From assembly GCA_003644105.1 (NCBI GenBank), contig QNBK01000001.1, forward strand, positions 1-53,269: a DNA stretch of 53,269 nucleotides, written 5' to 3'. Within the stretch, counting starts at the first letter, position 1. Each line of letters opens with the position of its first letter. The notes beneath the pieces are model-generated. The model saw only the letters and a program-made list of their open reading frames with translations, was not told the origin of the DNA and ran no database searches. The translations under genes and the position numbers were made by a program. This DNA is from Spirochaetota bacterium (GTDB lineage Bacteria; Spirochaetota; Spirochaetia; DSM-2461). Of the stretch, positions 1 to 9,721 are shown one piece after another.

Positions 1-31
1 AATCCTTGACAAATCAACACCTCTGCATCAT

Positions 32-43
32 TGGTTATAATGA
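32..43. promoter_or_regulatory. Putative GntR(HutC)-family operator TGGTTATAATGA
   Basis: 10/12 match to the palindrome TGGTTATAACCA, which also occurs at 11472, 18501 and 27731; lies upstream of the 99 ATG; a weaker copy (TGATAATAACAA) is at 41-52. Confidence 0.55.
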
Positions 44-98
44 TAATAACAATTATATTAACCTGAAATTTACGAAATTGAAAGAAAAATGAGGCTGT

Positions 99-1172
99 AT
101 GATGAATAAAATTGAAATTATTGATTCCGGGTATGTAAGCAGAGATGATGCTGCATTTCCCACTTTAGCGATATTGAATAACGGAGAGATAGTTTGCGCT
201 TATACGGCCAAAGGTAAAGGACCAGATGCGCTGGGAGGTACAGATTGGTCGAAATCTTCCGATCAGGGAGCCTCCTGGACTTATGGAGGGGTAATACTTT
301 CGCGAAAAGAAGTTCCGGTATCGGTGAACAGTCTTCGCCTGAGTATCACCTCAGATGGAACGCTCCTTGCTTACGGAAGCCGAGATAAGATAAAAGGCAA
401 AGGTGACTCAAGAAATTTTGGCGAGGATACCAATGAGCCCGTTTTATGCCGGTCCCGTGACGATGGGGTAACATGGTCGGAGCCTGAGATTCTTCCGAAT
501 CATCTTTCCCGGGTTTATGAGATTTCAAATCCAATTATTGATGCCGGGAATAATATCTGGCTGGCTCCTGCGGCGACCCTTTCAGATGGGGATAAATTGG
601 GAGAACGGGTAGTCGTGTTCAGATCTGAGGATAAAGGAAAATCCTGGCCGGGATACAGTACCGTCTTTTATGATCCGGAAGGCAAAAAGGGTTTTTTTGA
701 ACAGAAGATAATGAACCTTGGCCAAGGACGGCTTTTTGCTGTCGCATGGACTGTTATTATGGGAGATTACCGGGATCTGGAGAATCATTATTCTTTTTCA
801 GATGACTTCGGGTTAACCTGGCTGCCGGCAAAACCAATCGGGATAAAAGGGCAAACCCTCAGCCCTCTCTTAATAGGCGAAAATCGATTTTTATTCCTCA
901 GTAATCGTCGGTACGGGAATCAGGGGGTTGTTGTCTTTTTTGCCCGTTACCATCATGGCGATTGGATTATTGAAGGTGACTCCATATTGTGGGATGCGCA
1001 ATCTGACAGAAGTACGGAAAGTGAAAAAACAAAAGGTATAGAAGCCTTTGATGATTTTGCATTCGGGTTGCCTTCGGCGATACAGCTTGAGGGGAATCTA
1101 TTTTTATCCGTTCACTGGTGTCGAGAAGACGGCGTTTTCGGGATACGCTGGACCAGGTTCAAAGAGGTTTAA
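99..1172 (+). CDS. BNR/Asp-box repeat sialidase-like (GH33-like) beta-propeller protein, no signal peptide
   Basis: Four Asp-boxes: SSDQGASW, SRDDGVTW, SEDKGKSW, SDDFGLTW; GAGG RBS. Confidence 0.8.
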   Translation: MMNKIEIIDSGYVSRDDAAFPTLAILNNGEIVCAYTAKGKGPDALGGTDWSKSSDQGASWTYGGVILSRKEVPVSVNSLRLSITSDGTLLAYGSRDKIKGKGDSRNFGEDTNEPVLCRSRDDGVTWSEPEILPNHLSRVYEISNPIIDAGNNIWLAPAATLSDGDKLGERVVVFRSEDKGKSWPGYSTVFYDPEGKKGFFEQKIMNLGQGRLFAVAWTVIMGDYRDLENHYSFSDDFGLTWLPAKPIGIKGQTLSPLLIGENRFLFLSNRRYGNQGVVVFFARYHHGDWIIEGDSILWDAQSDRSTESEKTKGIEAFDDFAFGLPSAIQLEGNLFLSVHWCREDGVFGIRWTRFKEV

Positions 1173-1177
1173 CAAGA

Positions 1178-2086
1178 ATGGAAACAATGAAATCATGGAA
1201 AAATGTCCTGGAATTGAGCAGTAATCGCAATATCGTTTCGGGAAGTGAGAAAGCCCTCTGTGATGCAATCGGTAGGGGAGCTGATTTAAGAATCTATACC
1301 GAGTTCCGCCATAATGAGCATATTGACACTTCTTCTGATAATAACGATTTGATATCGGAAGTTTCGGAGTTTCATGAAACATGTCTTCTTGAGAAAAGAT
1401 GGGCTGCAGGGTTTATGACACTACGGCAGCCGGTAAGTCTGCCTGATAGATTCGCTCCCAGACCATCAATGTCTTTTTTCTTGTACAATCAAAATGGCCA
1501 GCAGGCTATAGCAAGACCTTATCTTGATGGAGTTCCCACCTATGGTATTCCCGGACGTTCAGTTCCGGAATCTCATCCTCGAATGCCAAAATATCATGAG
1601 CAGACAGCCTGGGATTCGAATACAAATGCACCGAGCAGTAATTTTATCTACGACTTCGGTAAGTTCCGGTATCATGTCTGTGATAACTGGCAGGAAGTGT
1701 ACTCCCATGATAAAGCGGGACAGCCAATATCCGGTTCTCTGGGGGCTTTAACGGATGCCTTTCATGAGGGTTGTGAGATTAAGGCTGGAATAGCCGGTCT
1801 CTTTTATAACCTGGGCGATCAGAACTCCCAGAAAATTGAGCATGAAGTTTTCATTCAGACAGGCTGGGGTTATTACTACAACGAGGAAAAAGTGATGATT
1901 GCAGAAACGCATCCTCTTGTTAAAGTGAAACCGGCTATTCCTCTGCAGTATAAAAGCGGAGCCTGGAACTTCGGCTGGTTGGTATTGCGGACAGACGGTG
2001 CCTGTGTAGAAAGAATCAGCAATCCCTATACCCTGAAGTTTACAGATACAAATCGAAGATATGAGCTTCGCTGGTTCGTAAGATAA
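1178..2086 (+). CDS. Hypothetical protein with an internal duplicated domain
   Basis: Long ORF; likely start ATG 1178 after AGAGG; the motif W..V.......SGS..AL.DA...G occurs twice. Confidence 0.7.
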   Translation: METMKSWKNVLELSSNRNIVSGSEKALCDAIGRGADLRIYTEFRHNEHIDTSSDNNDLISEVSEFHETCLLEKRWAAGFMTLRQPVSLPDRFAPRPSMSFFLYNQNGQQAIARPYLDGVPTYGIPGRSVPESHPRMPKYHEQTAWDSNTNAPSSNFIYDFGKFRYHVCDNWQEVYSHDKAGQPISGSLGALTDAFHEGCEIKAGIAGLFYNLGDQNSQKIEHEVFIQTGWGYYYNEEKVMIAETHPLVKVKPAIPLQYKSGAWNFGWLVLRTDGACVERISNPYTLKFTDTNRRYELRWFVR

Positions 2087-2102
2087 ATCAATGTATTTAT
2101 GA

Positions 2103-2822
2103 TTACCACAGCAAATTGTCGGCGGCTAATAACTCCCGATGAAGAATCTTAATATCCTGCTCCCGGATATCTTCTTCTATCAGAAAAGGCACATCAAGTT
2201 TGATAGCTGGAATCAGAGATTTATAGAATTGTGGAGATGCACCGATCAGTGATTGGTGATCCATGTTTCCACTTGTACCGCTGAGATGAACATGGGATAT
2301 CTTGTTTCTGAATCTTGAAATAAGAAGTGCCGTCTCCTCATCAGAGATTAAGGCTGCATGTGAAACATCGAGACAGAACTTGAAATCCGGGAAAACAGAG
2401 AAAATATCTTCAAGAGTTTCCGGAGAGGTATAGTTTCCAATCCCGGTGTTTTCTATGGAAAGAGGAAAGCTGATTGATTTTAGAACATGAGCCGGTGGAA
2501 TATCTTTAGTGTGAAGAACGACAGTACTGGCACCGCTTCGTGAAACAAGGGCTTCCAGCGTGTCCAGTTGTCTATGCAGTTCAGTTTCCCCCGGGGCTGA
2601 AGTATGAAATGCCGGGGCATGTATGCTGACATGATCGAGCTCCTTCATCCAGATGATATTTTCATCCGACAAAGTTAAAGCATCCAATTCTTCTTTAGAT
2701 CCTATCGTAAGCTCAATTGCTCTGATATCGAGTTGTTTGAGATGGTTAATCAATTCATTTCTGTTATTTGTTTTCAGCCACTGCCATATTGAACCGGTGG
2801 CAAATCCTATTGTTTTTTTCAT
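2103..2822 (-). CDS. Xylose-isomerase-like TIM-barrel protein (AP_endonuc_2 family, sugar-phosphate isomerase/epimerase-like)
   Basis: Motifs SIHAP, VVLH, SIEN, CLDVSHA, HVHLS, DH, LIE. Confidence 0.7.
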   Translation of the reverse strand: MKKTIGFATGSIWQWLKTNNRNELINHLKQLDIRAIELTIGSKEELDALTLSDENIIWMKELDHVSIHAPAFHTSAPGETELHRQLDTLEALVSRSGASTVVLHTKDIPPAHVLKSISFPLSIENTGIGNYTSPETLEDIFSVFPDFKFCLDVSHAALISDEETALLISRFRNKISHVHLSGTSGNMDHQSLIGASPQFYKSLIPAIKLDVPFLIEEDIREQDIKILHRELLAADNLLW

Positions 2823-2894
2823 TTATTGTTTTCAAATATAGTATGATCAGAGATTGGAAGAATGCATAGTATACACGTAACGGAGGTTGTAATA

Positions 2895-3815
2895 GTGAAT
2901 AAAGAGGAACCAATAGCTTATCTGAACGGGATGTTTATTCCGGCCTCTGAATGCAAGCTTCCTGTCTACGATCTTGGCATAGTCCTGGGTGCTTCGGTAA
3001 CGGATTTTGTACGTACATTCAATGGCAAACCATATCGAATGGAAGATCATTTGAAACGGTTGTACCGATCATGTAAATATGCCTCTATTGAACCGCCGTT
3101 ATCCCTGGATGAGAGTTCTGAAGTTTCAACGAAATTGATCGAAAACAATTTGAAACTTGAGCCAGGAAGAGAACTTGGTTTGATTTACTATATAACGGCT
3201 GGAGAGAATCCAATATATGCGGGGAGTGCCGGTATTTCTGATGTACTTAAACCGACAGTTGTGCAGCATACATTTCCCCTGCCTTTCAGTATGTGGTCCG
3301 GATTATTCAGAGATGGAATTCACTGTATTACCCCATCGGTGAGACACTGGCCGCCTGAGTGTCTGTCGTCTAAAATAAAAAATAGGAATCGTCTTCATTT
3401 CTGGGTTGGTGAGCAGGAAGTGCATCTGGCAGACCCTAAGGCGATGCCGCTTTATCTGGATATTGATGGTAATATCACCGAGACAGGCGGGTCTAATTTT
3501 CTGATATACAAAGATGGTGAAGTTATTTCTCCCAGGAGCCGTAATATACTATGGGGTATCAGCTTAACAGTAGTAGCCGAGATTCTCTCAGAAATTGGAA
3601 TCCCTTTCAGAGAGGATGATATTCAGGCCTATGATGTGATTAATGCAGAAGAGGCATGGGTGCCTACAACACCGTACTGTCTGGGGCCAGTTGTAAAATT
3701 CAATGGTAAAAATATTGGGGATGGAAGGCCTGGAGAACTCTGGAGGAGAATAATTGATATTTGGAGTAAGAGAGTAGGGAAGGATATATATTCAGAAATC
3801 GTGAACAGCAAATAA
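2895..3815 (+). CDS. PLP-dependent aminotransferase class IV (branched-chain/D-amino acid type fold)
   Basis: AYLNG...D..HLKRL, Lys in KIKNRN, ETGGSN, ILWGIS, AEEAW; GTG start at 2895 after GGAGG. Confidence 0.85.
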   Translation: MNKEEPIAYLNGMFIPASECKLPVYDLGIVLGASVTDFVRTFNGKPYRMEDHLKRLYRSCKYASIEPPLSLDESSEVSTKLIENNLKLEPGRELGLIYYITAGENPIYAGSAGISDVLKPTVVQHTFPLPFSMWSGLFRDGIHCITPSVRHWPPECLSSKIKNRNRLHFWVGEQEVHLADPKAMPLYLDIDGNITETGGSNFLIYKDGEVISPRSRNILWGISLTVVAEILSEIGIPFREDDIQAYDVINAEEAWVPTTPYCLGPVVKFNGKNIGDGRPGELWRRIIDIWSKRVGKDIYSEIVNSK

Positions 3816-3841
3816 TACAGAGGGAAAAGGGTAGGGGGAAT

Positions 3842-4633
3842 ATGTCGGAAGAGAAACGTTTCCTGGTAATTGGAGCACATCCTGATGATGCAGATCTTAT
3901 GTTTGGCGGTACGGCTTTAAAGGCTGTAAGGAAAGGCTGTAAAGTAAAATTTATTTCCACTACCAATGGAGATGCAGGACACTATTCAGAAACCCGGGAA
4001 AACCTGGCCATCAGGCGAGATAGTGAAGCTCAAGAGGTTGTTATCAGATCCGGGATTGAAGCATATGAGATTCTTGATAATCATGATGGGGAGCTGATTC
4101 CTTCTCTGGAAAACAGGAAAAAAATAATTACCCGAATTCGGGTGTTTCAACCTGATGTTGTTATATCACATAGGCTTTACGACTATCATGCGGATCATCG
4201 TGCTACAGCACAGTTGGTTCAGGATTCAGCCTATCTTGTAATGGTTCCCCTGATATGCCCGGATGTACCTGTTCCGGAGAAGGAGCCGATATATATGTTC
4301 AGTCATGATTTTTTTAAAAGCCCGGCTCCATTTTCTCCTGCTATAGCTGTTGATATTGATAATGTTCTGGCGGATAAAATTCAGCTTCTGGATTGTCATG
4401 TGTCTCAATTTTATGAATGGCTTCCGTACATTGATGGTAACTTGAACGAAGTACCGGGGAATAAAGAAGATAGAGTTAAGTGGCTGGCCGGGGAGCGTCT
4501 TGCTTATTATCGCGATCAGGCTGCAGCTGCAGGTGAATTGTGTCTGGCAATGAAGCATGCTGAAACTTTTGAGTTATCCGAATACGGCCGGAAACCGAAA
4601 GATGACGAATTAACGCAGATATTTCATTTTTGA
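3842..4633 (+). CDS. PIG-L/LmbE family N-acetyl-sugar deacetylase
   Basis: AHPDD, TNGDAG, R..EA, DYHADH, HVSQ motifs. Confidence 0.9.
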   Translation: MSEEKRFLVIGAHPDDADLMFGGTALKAVRKGCKVKFISTTNGDAGHYSETRENLAIRRDSEAQEVVIRSGIEAYEILDNHDGELIPSLENRKKIITRIRVFQPDVVISHRLYDYHADHRATAQLVQDSAYLVMVPLICPDVPVPEKEPIYMFSHDFFKSPAPFSPAIAVDIDNVLADKIQLLDCHVSQFYEWLPYIDGNLNEVPGNKEDRVKWLAGERLAYYRDQAAAAGELCLAMKHAETFELSEYGRKPKDDELTQIFHF

Positions 4634-4651
4634 GTTCAGGTAAGAAAGGAA

Positions 4652-5343
4652 TTAATCCCGGTATACCCTGATTTCTACTATTCGGGCAGAATCCTCACCA
4701 TTGGTTTCCAGAACAATGATACGAATACTGTTTGTTTTTATATCTTCGGATAATTTATGAACTCTTTTTCTTTGGAAGTTGTTTGTAACGGTGATAATCT
4801 GTTTCCAGATGCTATTGGTTCTGTATTCAATACGATAGCTGTGAACAGTTTCCTTCTGGGCTTGTCCCCACTGCATCTTCGCACTGTATCCACTGCGGGA
4901 GTGACTCTATAGGATTACTTTTTCCACCGGTGGGTTCCCGGAATTATTCTTCCCTCTGTTACACCTTTTTTCCCATGTGTTGATCGAATACGGCCTGATA
5001 TCACATTCTCAGCCTTTCCATTGGGAAGCTGACTGGATGCAGTTATTTTTGAGATTCGGGCAAGATCAGCAGAGTCGATATTTGTTATCCCGATAAGGAA
5101 GGCATCATCCCCTATGAGTCTCTGCTGTATTGAAATAATCAAATCTCTCTTGTCAGATATATCAGATGGCAGTTTATTCTCAAAAGAGGCGAAAGATGCG
5201 GCAGTTCCGACACCTTGGCCGATTGCGGCAACTGTAGCCATTACCCGGGTGGATGCAAAGGCTGTATGTGTTGCAGAAATGTTTCGTTCGGCAAACATCA
5301 GGTTTGTAATATTGCCGGAGATACAGGCCCTTAAAGGTATTCC
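4652..5343 (-). pseudogene. 3' remnant of an FAD-dependent oxidoreductase with a C-terminal beta-sandwich domain
   Basis: GIPLRACISGNITNLMFAERNISATHTAFASTRVMAT...GQGVGTAA is the C-terminal signature of the FAD_oxidored family; N-terminal portion absent; split into ORFs 4915-5298 and 4652-4876. Confidence 0.75.
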
Positions 5344-5698
5344 CCTGCATTATTGAAGTTCAAGTCGACTGCACTTCGAATATCTTCCTCCGGATAATCT
5401 GAGGGATTGTGATCGTAAACTGAATAATCTGTTATCAGGATAATTCTCTCCGGGTCTCCGCATTTGAAAGCTAGCTTTAAATTAGCCGATTTTACATAAA
5501 CAGCTCTGGAATCACAGATGATTTCCAGGAATAAACCCTCTGATGTAAGTACTGCATCCGCTGCTGTATCCTGAATATCCCGGTAGCTTTTACAGATTCA
5601 TTTCCCAGAGCGTTGAGTCTTCCATCTTCAATAAGGATAATTCCATTCTGTATAATATTGGATTCGGCAATAATCTTTGTATTAACAATAGCCTTCAC
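5331..5698 (-). pseudogene. Internally deleted NagA-like amidohydrolase remnant
   Basis: N-terminus KAIVNTKII...NGIILIEDGRL, then in another frame EIICDSRAVYVKSANLKLAFKCGDPERIILITD...DLNFNNAGE, ending in a stop. Confidence 0.7.
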
Positions 5699-5709
5699 AA
5701 ATACTTCTT

Positions 5710-6723
5710 CTATTGTGAGAGTTGTTCTTCCGCAAAGTGGCAGGCAGAATAGTGCTCGTACCCGTTTGTCTCGAACTTTTTAAGTGATGGAATTACTTTC
5801 TTGCATATGTCCTGACATTGGTTGCATCTGGGGTGGAAGGGGCAGCCGGATGGAGGATTCACCGGACTTGGTACATCCCCTTCCAGCAAAATACGTTTCT
5901 TTCTCCTGTCCAGATCGGCAACGGGAATTGCAGATAAGAGGGCTTTGGTATAGGGATGCATAGTACTGGCATAGAGATCTTCAACCTCTGCCAATTCAAC
6001 AATTTTACCAAGATACATCACCGCAACCCTGTCACTGATATACTCAACAACACTCAAATCATGAGTGATGAAAATATAGGTCAGGTTACGCTCTTTTTTA
6101 ATATCTTTCAGAAGTTTCAACACCTGAGCTTGAATGGACACGTCCAGCGCACTGACAGCTTCATCACAAACAATCAAATCCGGTTCTATGCTCAACGCTC
6201 TGGCAATGCCGATTCGCTGCCGCTGACCCCCGGAAAACTCATGAGGGTAAAGATCCATCTGCTCCCGTCTCATGTTAACAGATTCCAGGAGGTCGCCGAT
6301 AATCTTCCGCCTTTCAGCTTTAGATTTGATACCGTGAGTTTTTAATGGATCCTGAAGGGATCCAAAGACTGTAAAAGCCGGGTTCAGAGAAGACTGGGGG
6401 TCTTGAAAGACAATCTGAAGTTTTCGGTTCACTTCCATCATCTCTTTCTGACTCAGCCTGCAGAGATCCCTTTCGGTAGCTTTATCATTGTATATAATTT
6501 TACCGCCGGTGGGCTTTACCAGTTGAAGAATGGATTTCCCGAGGGTGGTTTTACCGCATCCGCTCTCACCTACCAGGGCCAGAGTTTCTCCCCGATATAC
6601 TTCCAGAGAAATACCGTCAACAGCTTTTACATGACCGGCGGTTCGTTTAAACACCCCTTTCTTGATTGGGAAATGAGTTTCCACATCCTTTAGTGTTAAT
6701 ATTGTTTCTCTGGCTTCACTCAT
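5710..6723 (-). CDS. Oligopeptide/dipeptide-type ABC transporter ATP-binding subunit (OppF-like)
   Basis: [30 protein letters not shown]-terminal CPFHPRC; start ATG 6723 overlaps the upstream stop. Confidence 0.93.
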   Translation of the reverse strand: MSEARETILTLKDVETHFPIKKGVFKRTAGHVKAVDGISLEVYRGETLALVGESGCGKTTLGKSILQLVKPTGGKIIYNDKATERDLCRLSQKEMMEVNRKLQIVFQDPQSSLNPAFTVFGSLQDPLKTHGIKSKAERRKIIGDLLESVNMRREQMDLYPHEFSGGQRQRIGIARALSIEPDLIVCDEAVSALDVSIQAQVLKLLKDIKKERNLTYIFITHDLSVVEYISDRVAVMYLGKIVELAEVEDLYASTMHPYTKALLSAIPVADLDRRKKRILLEGDVPSPVNPPSGCPFHPRCNQCQDICKKVIPSLKKFETNGYEHYSACHFAEEQLSQ

Positions 6724-7721
6724 TATACAGCCTCCATAGGGTGCAAGCATCGCACTGAGTGTGTATCGCTGATTGAAGATTCATCAGGCATTACCTGACA
6801 TGAGGAGTCTGCAAATGGACAGCGGGGGGCGAATTGACAGCCCTTCGGTCTGTTGTAGGGATCCGGTGTGGATCCTTTGATAGGCTCTATTACCTGATTT
6901 TTCCCTCTGCCCAATACGGGAATTGATTCTAGAAGGGCTTTTGTATAGGGGTGAGCAGGTTTTCTTAAGACATCATCTACGGTCCCGTTTTCTACAATAT
7001 TACCCATATACATAACAACCACGTCATCAGCAAGCTCGGTTACCACTCCCATATCATGGGTTATCAGCATAATGGCCGTATCATGTTCCTCTTTCAGTTT
7101 ATCCATCAATTCAAAGATCTGAGCCTGAATAGTTACATCCAAAGCTGTTGTAGGCTCATCGGCAATAAGTACCTTGGGATTGCAGGCCATGGCCATGGCT
7201 ATCATAGCTCTCTGGCGCATACCTCCGGAATATTGATGAGGATACTCATTAATCCTTTGCTCCGGGAGAGGAATACCCATCTCCTTTAATAGTTTAATAG
7301 ATTGACCCTTTCTCTCAGCCCTATTTAAGTCGGTATGGTATTGAAGATTCTCACCAATCTGAAATCCAATTGTATAGACTGGATTAAGAGCCGTCATCGG
7401 ATCCTGGAATATCATGGAAATATCGGAACCTCTAATTGATCTCATCTTCGGCCCATTTTTTTTCAGCTGATCTATTCGTATATCACCTTCATTGCTGTGG
7501 TAAGTAATCTCACCATTTTCTATTCGGGATAGTTTTGGCAGTAGCTGCATTATGGACGAAGCGGTTACACTTTTCCCGCATCCGCTTTCACCTACGACAC
7601 AGAGTGTTTTTCCCTTTTTGATATCAAAAGAAACGCCATTAACGGCTTTATTACACCTGTTATTGGTATAGAAGAAGGTTTCTAAACCTTTAACACTGAT
7701 AATCACATCATCATCTTTCAT
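6723..7721 (-). CDS. Oligopeptide/dipeptide-type ABC transporter ATP-binding subunit (OppD-like)
   Basis: [36 protein letters not shown]. Confidence 0.93.
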   Translation of the reverse strand: MKDDDVIISVKGLETFFYTNNRCNKAVNGVSFDIKKGKTLCVVGESGCGKSVTASSIMQLLPKLSRIENGEITYHSNEGDIRIDQLKKNGPKMRSIRGSDISMIFQDPMTALNPVYTIGFQIGENLQYHTDLNRAERKGQSIKLLKEMGIPLPEQRINEYPHQYSGGMRQRAMIAMAMACNPKVLIADEPTTALDVTIQAQIFELMDKLKEEHDTAIMLITHDMGVVTELADDVVVMYMGNIVENGTVDDVLRKPAHPYTKALLESIPVLGRGKNQVIEPIKGSTPDPYNRPKGCQFAPRCPFADSSCQVMPDESSISDTHSVRCLHPMEAV

Positions 7722-7733
7722 TCATTAACTCCA

Positions 7734-8663
7734 TCATCCCTGCTGCATTGGATCGGCAGAATCGCGTAGGCCGTCTCCGATAAAGTTAACACCCAGTACA
7801 AATAATGAGATTACTATTGCTCCGGGAACCCATAACCACCAGAAGAATTGCAGATATCTCAGATCCTGGGCAATATTCACAATATTTCCCCAGGTTGAAA
7901 TATTCAAAGGAACACCCAATCCCAGGAAGCTTAAAGCCGCCTCATACAGTATAAACATGGCTGTGCTTAATGTGATATTTACGACGATAGGGCCAACTGC
8001 ATTTGGCAGCATATGTTTATATGCAATGGCAAAGCTGTTAAGACCAAAGGCCCTTAATGCCTGAACATATTCTTCCTCTCTGAGGGATAGCATCTGAGCC
8101 CGGGTCATCCTGTATATCCCCCCCCATCCTGTAAGGGTGAATATGATTATCAGATTTCTCAATCCCTGGCCCATTATGGTTACCAGTAACAGTACTAATA
8201 TGATCTGGGGGAATGCCATAACGATTTCTGATAATCTCAGCATTATATTATCCAGAAGTCCCCCCTTGTAGCCGGTATAGGCTCCAATAGCGACACCGAC
8301 TACAGCCGACGTCAGGGCACTTCCCATCCCTACAAGGATCGATACACGTCCGCCATATACAATGCGGGCAAAAATATCCCGTCCTAATTGATCGGTGCCT
8401 AAAAGATGTACAATAGAAGGTTTTTGAAGCTTGTTTCTCAAATCCAGCTTCAGAGGGTCGTACCTGCATATCAAAGGTGCAAAAACGGCAGCCAGTAATA
8501 TAACTGAAACAATAATTATTCCTGCTACAGCCAGCCTGTTACTCATCAATTTTCGAAAAGCTCTGCTGCCTTTTTTCTTTTTTATCAATCCGGTATCTTC
8601 CCGCATTAATATTCTGTCAAATTTTTTTTCAAGTCTGGTTATCTTTTTTTTAGTACCGTTCAT
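7734..8663 (-). CDS. ABC transporter permease (OppC-like)
   Basis: HLLGTDQLGRD, EEYVQALRAFG, HMLPN, LSFLGLG, GDGLRD. Confidence 0.93.
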   Translation of the reverse strand: MNGTKKKITRLEKKFDRILMREDTGLIKKKKGSRAFRKLMSNRLAVAGIIIVSVILLAAVFAPLICRYDPLKLDLRNKLQKPSIVHLLGTDQLGRDIFARIVYGGRVSILVGMGSALTSAVVGVAIGAYTGYKGGLLDNIMLRLSEIVMAFPQIILVLLLVTIMGQGLRNLIIIFTLTGWGGIYRMTRAQMLSLREEEYVQALRAFGLNSFAIAYKHMLPNAVGPIVVNITLSTAMFILYEAALSFLGLGVPLNISTWGNIVNIAQDLRYLQFFWWLWVPGAIVISLFVLGVNFIGDGLRDSADPMQQG

Positions 8664-8672
8664 TTATAACTC

Positions 8673-9635
8673 CTAATCCAGCTTAACTCTGGGATCCAAC
8701 AGAGCTGTAAAAAGATCAATAAGAAAACTGACAAACAGCACAGCAAAAGTTGTAAAAAAAGCGATCATCATAACAATGGGATAATTCCGGGATCGTACAG
8801 CACCGATAAATTCATTCCCTATTCCGGGCCATTGAAAAACCTGTTCAATGATAACTGTTCCTCCCAGTAAAATCGGTAAACGAAAAGCAATAAGGACGAT
8901 AACCGGAATTAAAGATACTCTTAAACCATGAACAAAATTTACACGCCATTCCGGCAGGCCCTTACTTCTTGCTGTTTTCATGAAGTCTCTATTCATGGCA
9001 TCAAGCATACTTGCCCTGGAATAACGCATCACTCCTGCAATCAGAGTTGATGAGAGTACAAGAGTGGGCATAATTAAATGGGGCAGGCGATCCATAAATC
9101 CTTCATAACCAGGCCGCAATCTACCTCCGACAGGGAGCCATTTTAAATGAAAGGTAAACAGGAGTATTGCAAGAAGACCGAATATAAAACGTGGAACCGA
9201 TACACCAAGCATCCCTGCCAGGGTTAATGCATTATCACCAATGGAACCTCGTTTTAAGGCACTTATTGTTCCAAAAAATATACCGAATATGGTTGAAATC
9301 AGAATAGCTCCGGCGGATAGCTCCAAGGTTGCCGGGAGTCTGTCGAAAACGATATCCTTTATTGGAACACCGCTTTGCAGGCTGTAGCCGAAATCACCCT
9401 TGATTACCCCTCCAAGCCATTTTACATATCGAATCAGAAAGGGGTCACTCAATCCCAGAGCTTCTCTTACAGCCTCAAGCTCAGCAGGATCCATTGTGGC
9501 ATACCTTTCAGGAGAAATCATATACGAAACCGCATCTCCTGGAGTTAATTCCAATCCGAGGTATATCAGAAAACTTAAAAACAACAGCATGGGGATAAGA
9601 ATCAGCAATCTTCTTAATGTATATGTCAGCATCAA
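8673..9635 (-). CDS. ABC transporter permease (OppB-like)
   Basis: PGD, GDFGYS, RLPATLEL, TARSKGL, EQVFQWPGIG, LDPRV. Confidence 0.93.
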   Translation of the reverse strand: MMLTYTLRRLLILIPMLLFLSFLIYLGLELTPGDAVSYMISPERYATMDPAELEAVREALGLSDPFLIRYVKWLGGVIKGDFGYSLQSGVPIKDIVFDRLPATLELSAGAILISTIFGIFFGTISALKRGSIGDNALTLAGMLGVSVPRFIFGLLAILLFTFHLKWLPVGGRLRPGYEGFMDRLPHLIMPTLVLSSTLIAGVMRYSRASMLDAMNRDFMKTARSKGLPEWRVNFVHGLRVSLIPVIVLIAFRLPILLGGTVIIEQVFQWPGIGNEFIGAVRSRNYPIVMMIAFFTTFAVLFVSFLIDLFTALLDPRVKLD

Positions 9636-9656
9636 TAGACTCCTTCGGAATTTTCA

Positions 9657-9693
9657 AAAATAAAGTTGCAGCATTTTGCCGCAACTTTATTTT
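9657..9693 (-). terminator. Stem-loop between the binding protein and permease genes (intrinsic terminator or mRNA stabiliser)
   Basis: Inverted repeat AAAATAAAGTTGC / GCAACTTTATTTT with a T-rich tail on the minus strand. Confidence 0.7.
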
Positions 9694-9721
9694 AATTATT
9701 CAATTATCTGTTCTATTTCAG

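Noticed and set aside
6-41. TTGACA at 6 and TATAAT at 36 as a sigma70 promoter
   Set aside because: The 24-bp spacing is too long, and the TATAAT is part of the putative operator
1118-1177. N-terminal extension of the ORF-track call at 1118
   Set aside because: Overlaps the upstream gene; an RBS supports ATG 1178. The same reasoning moved starts at 2862, 6750, 11443, 14603, 17160, 25052, 25907, 38770 and 45444
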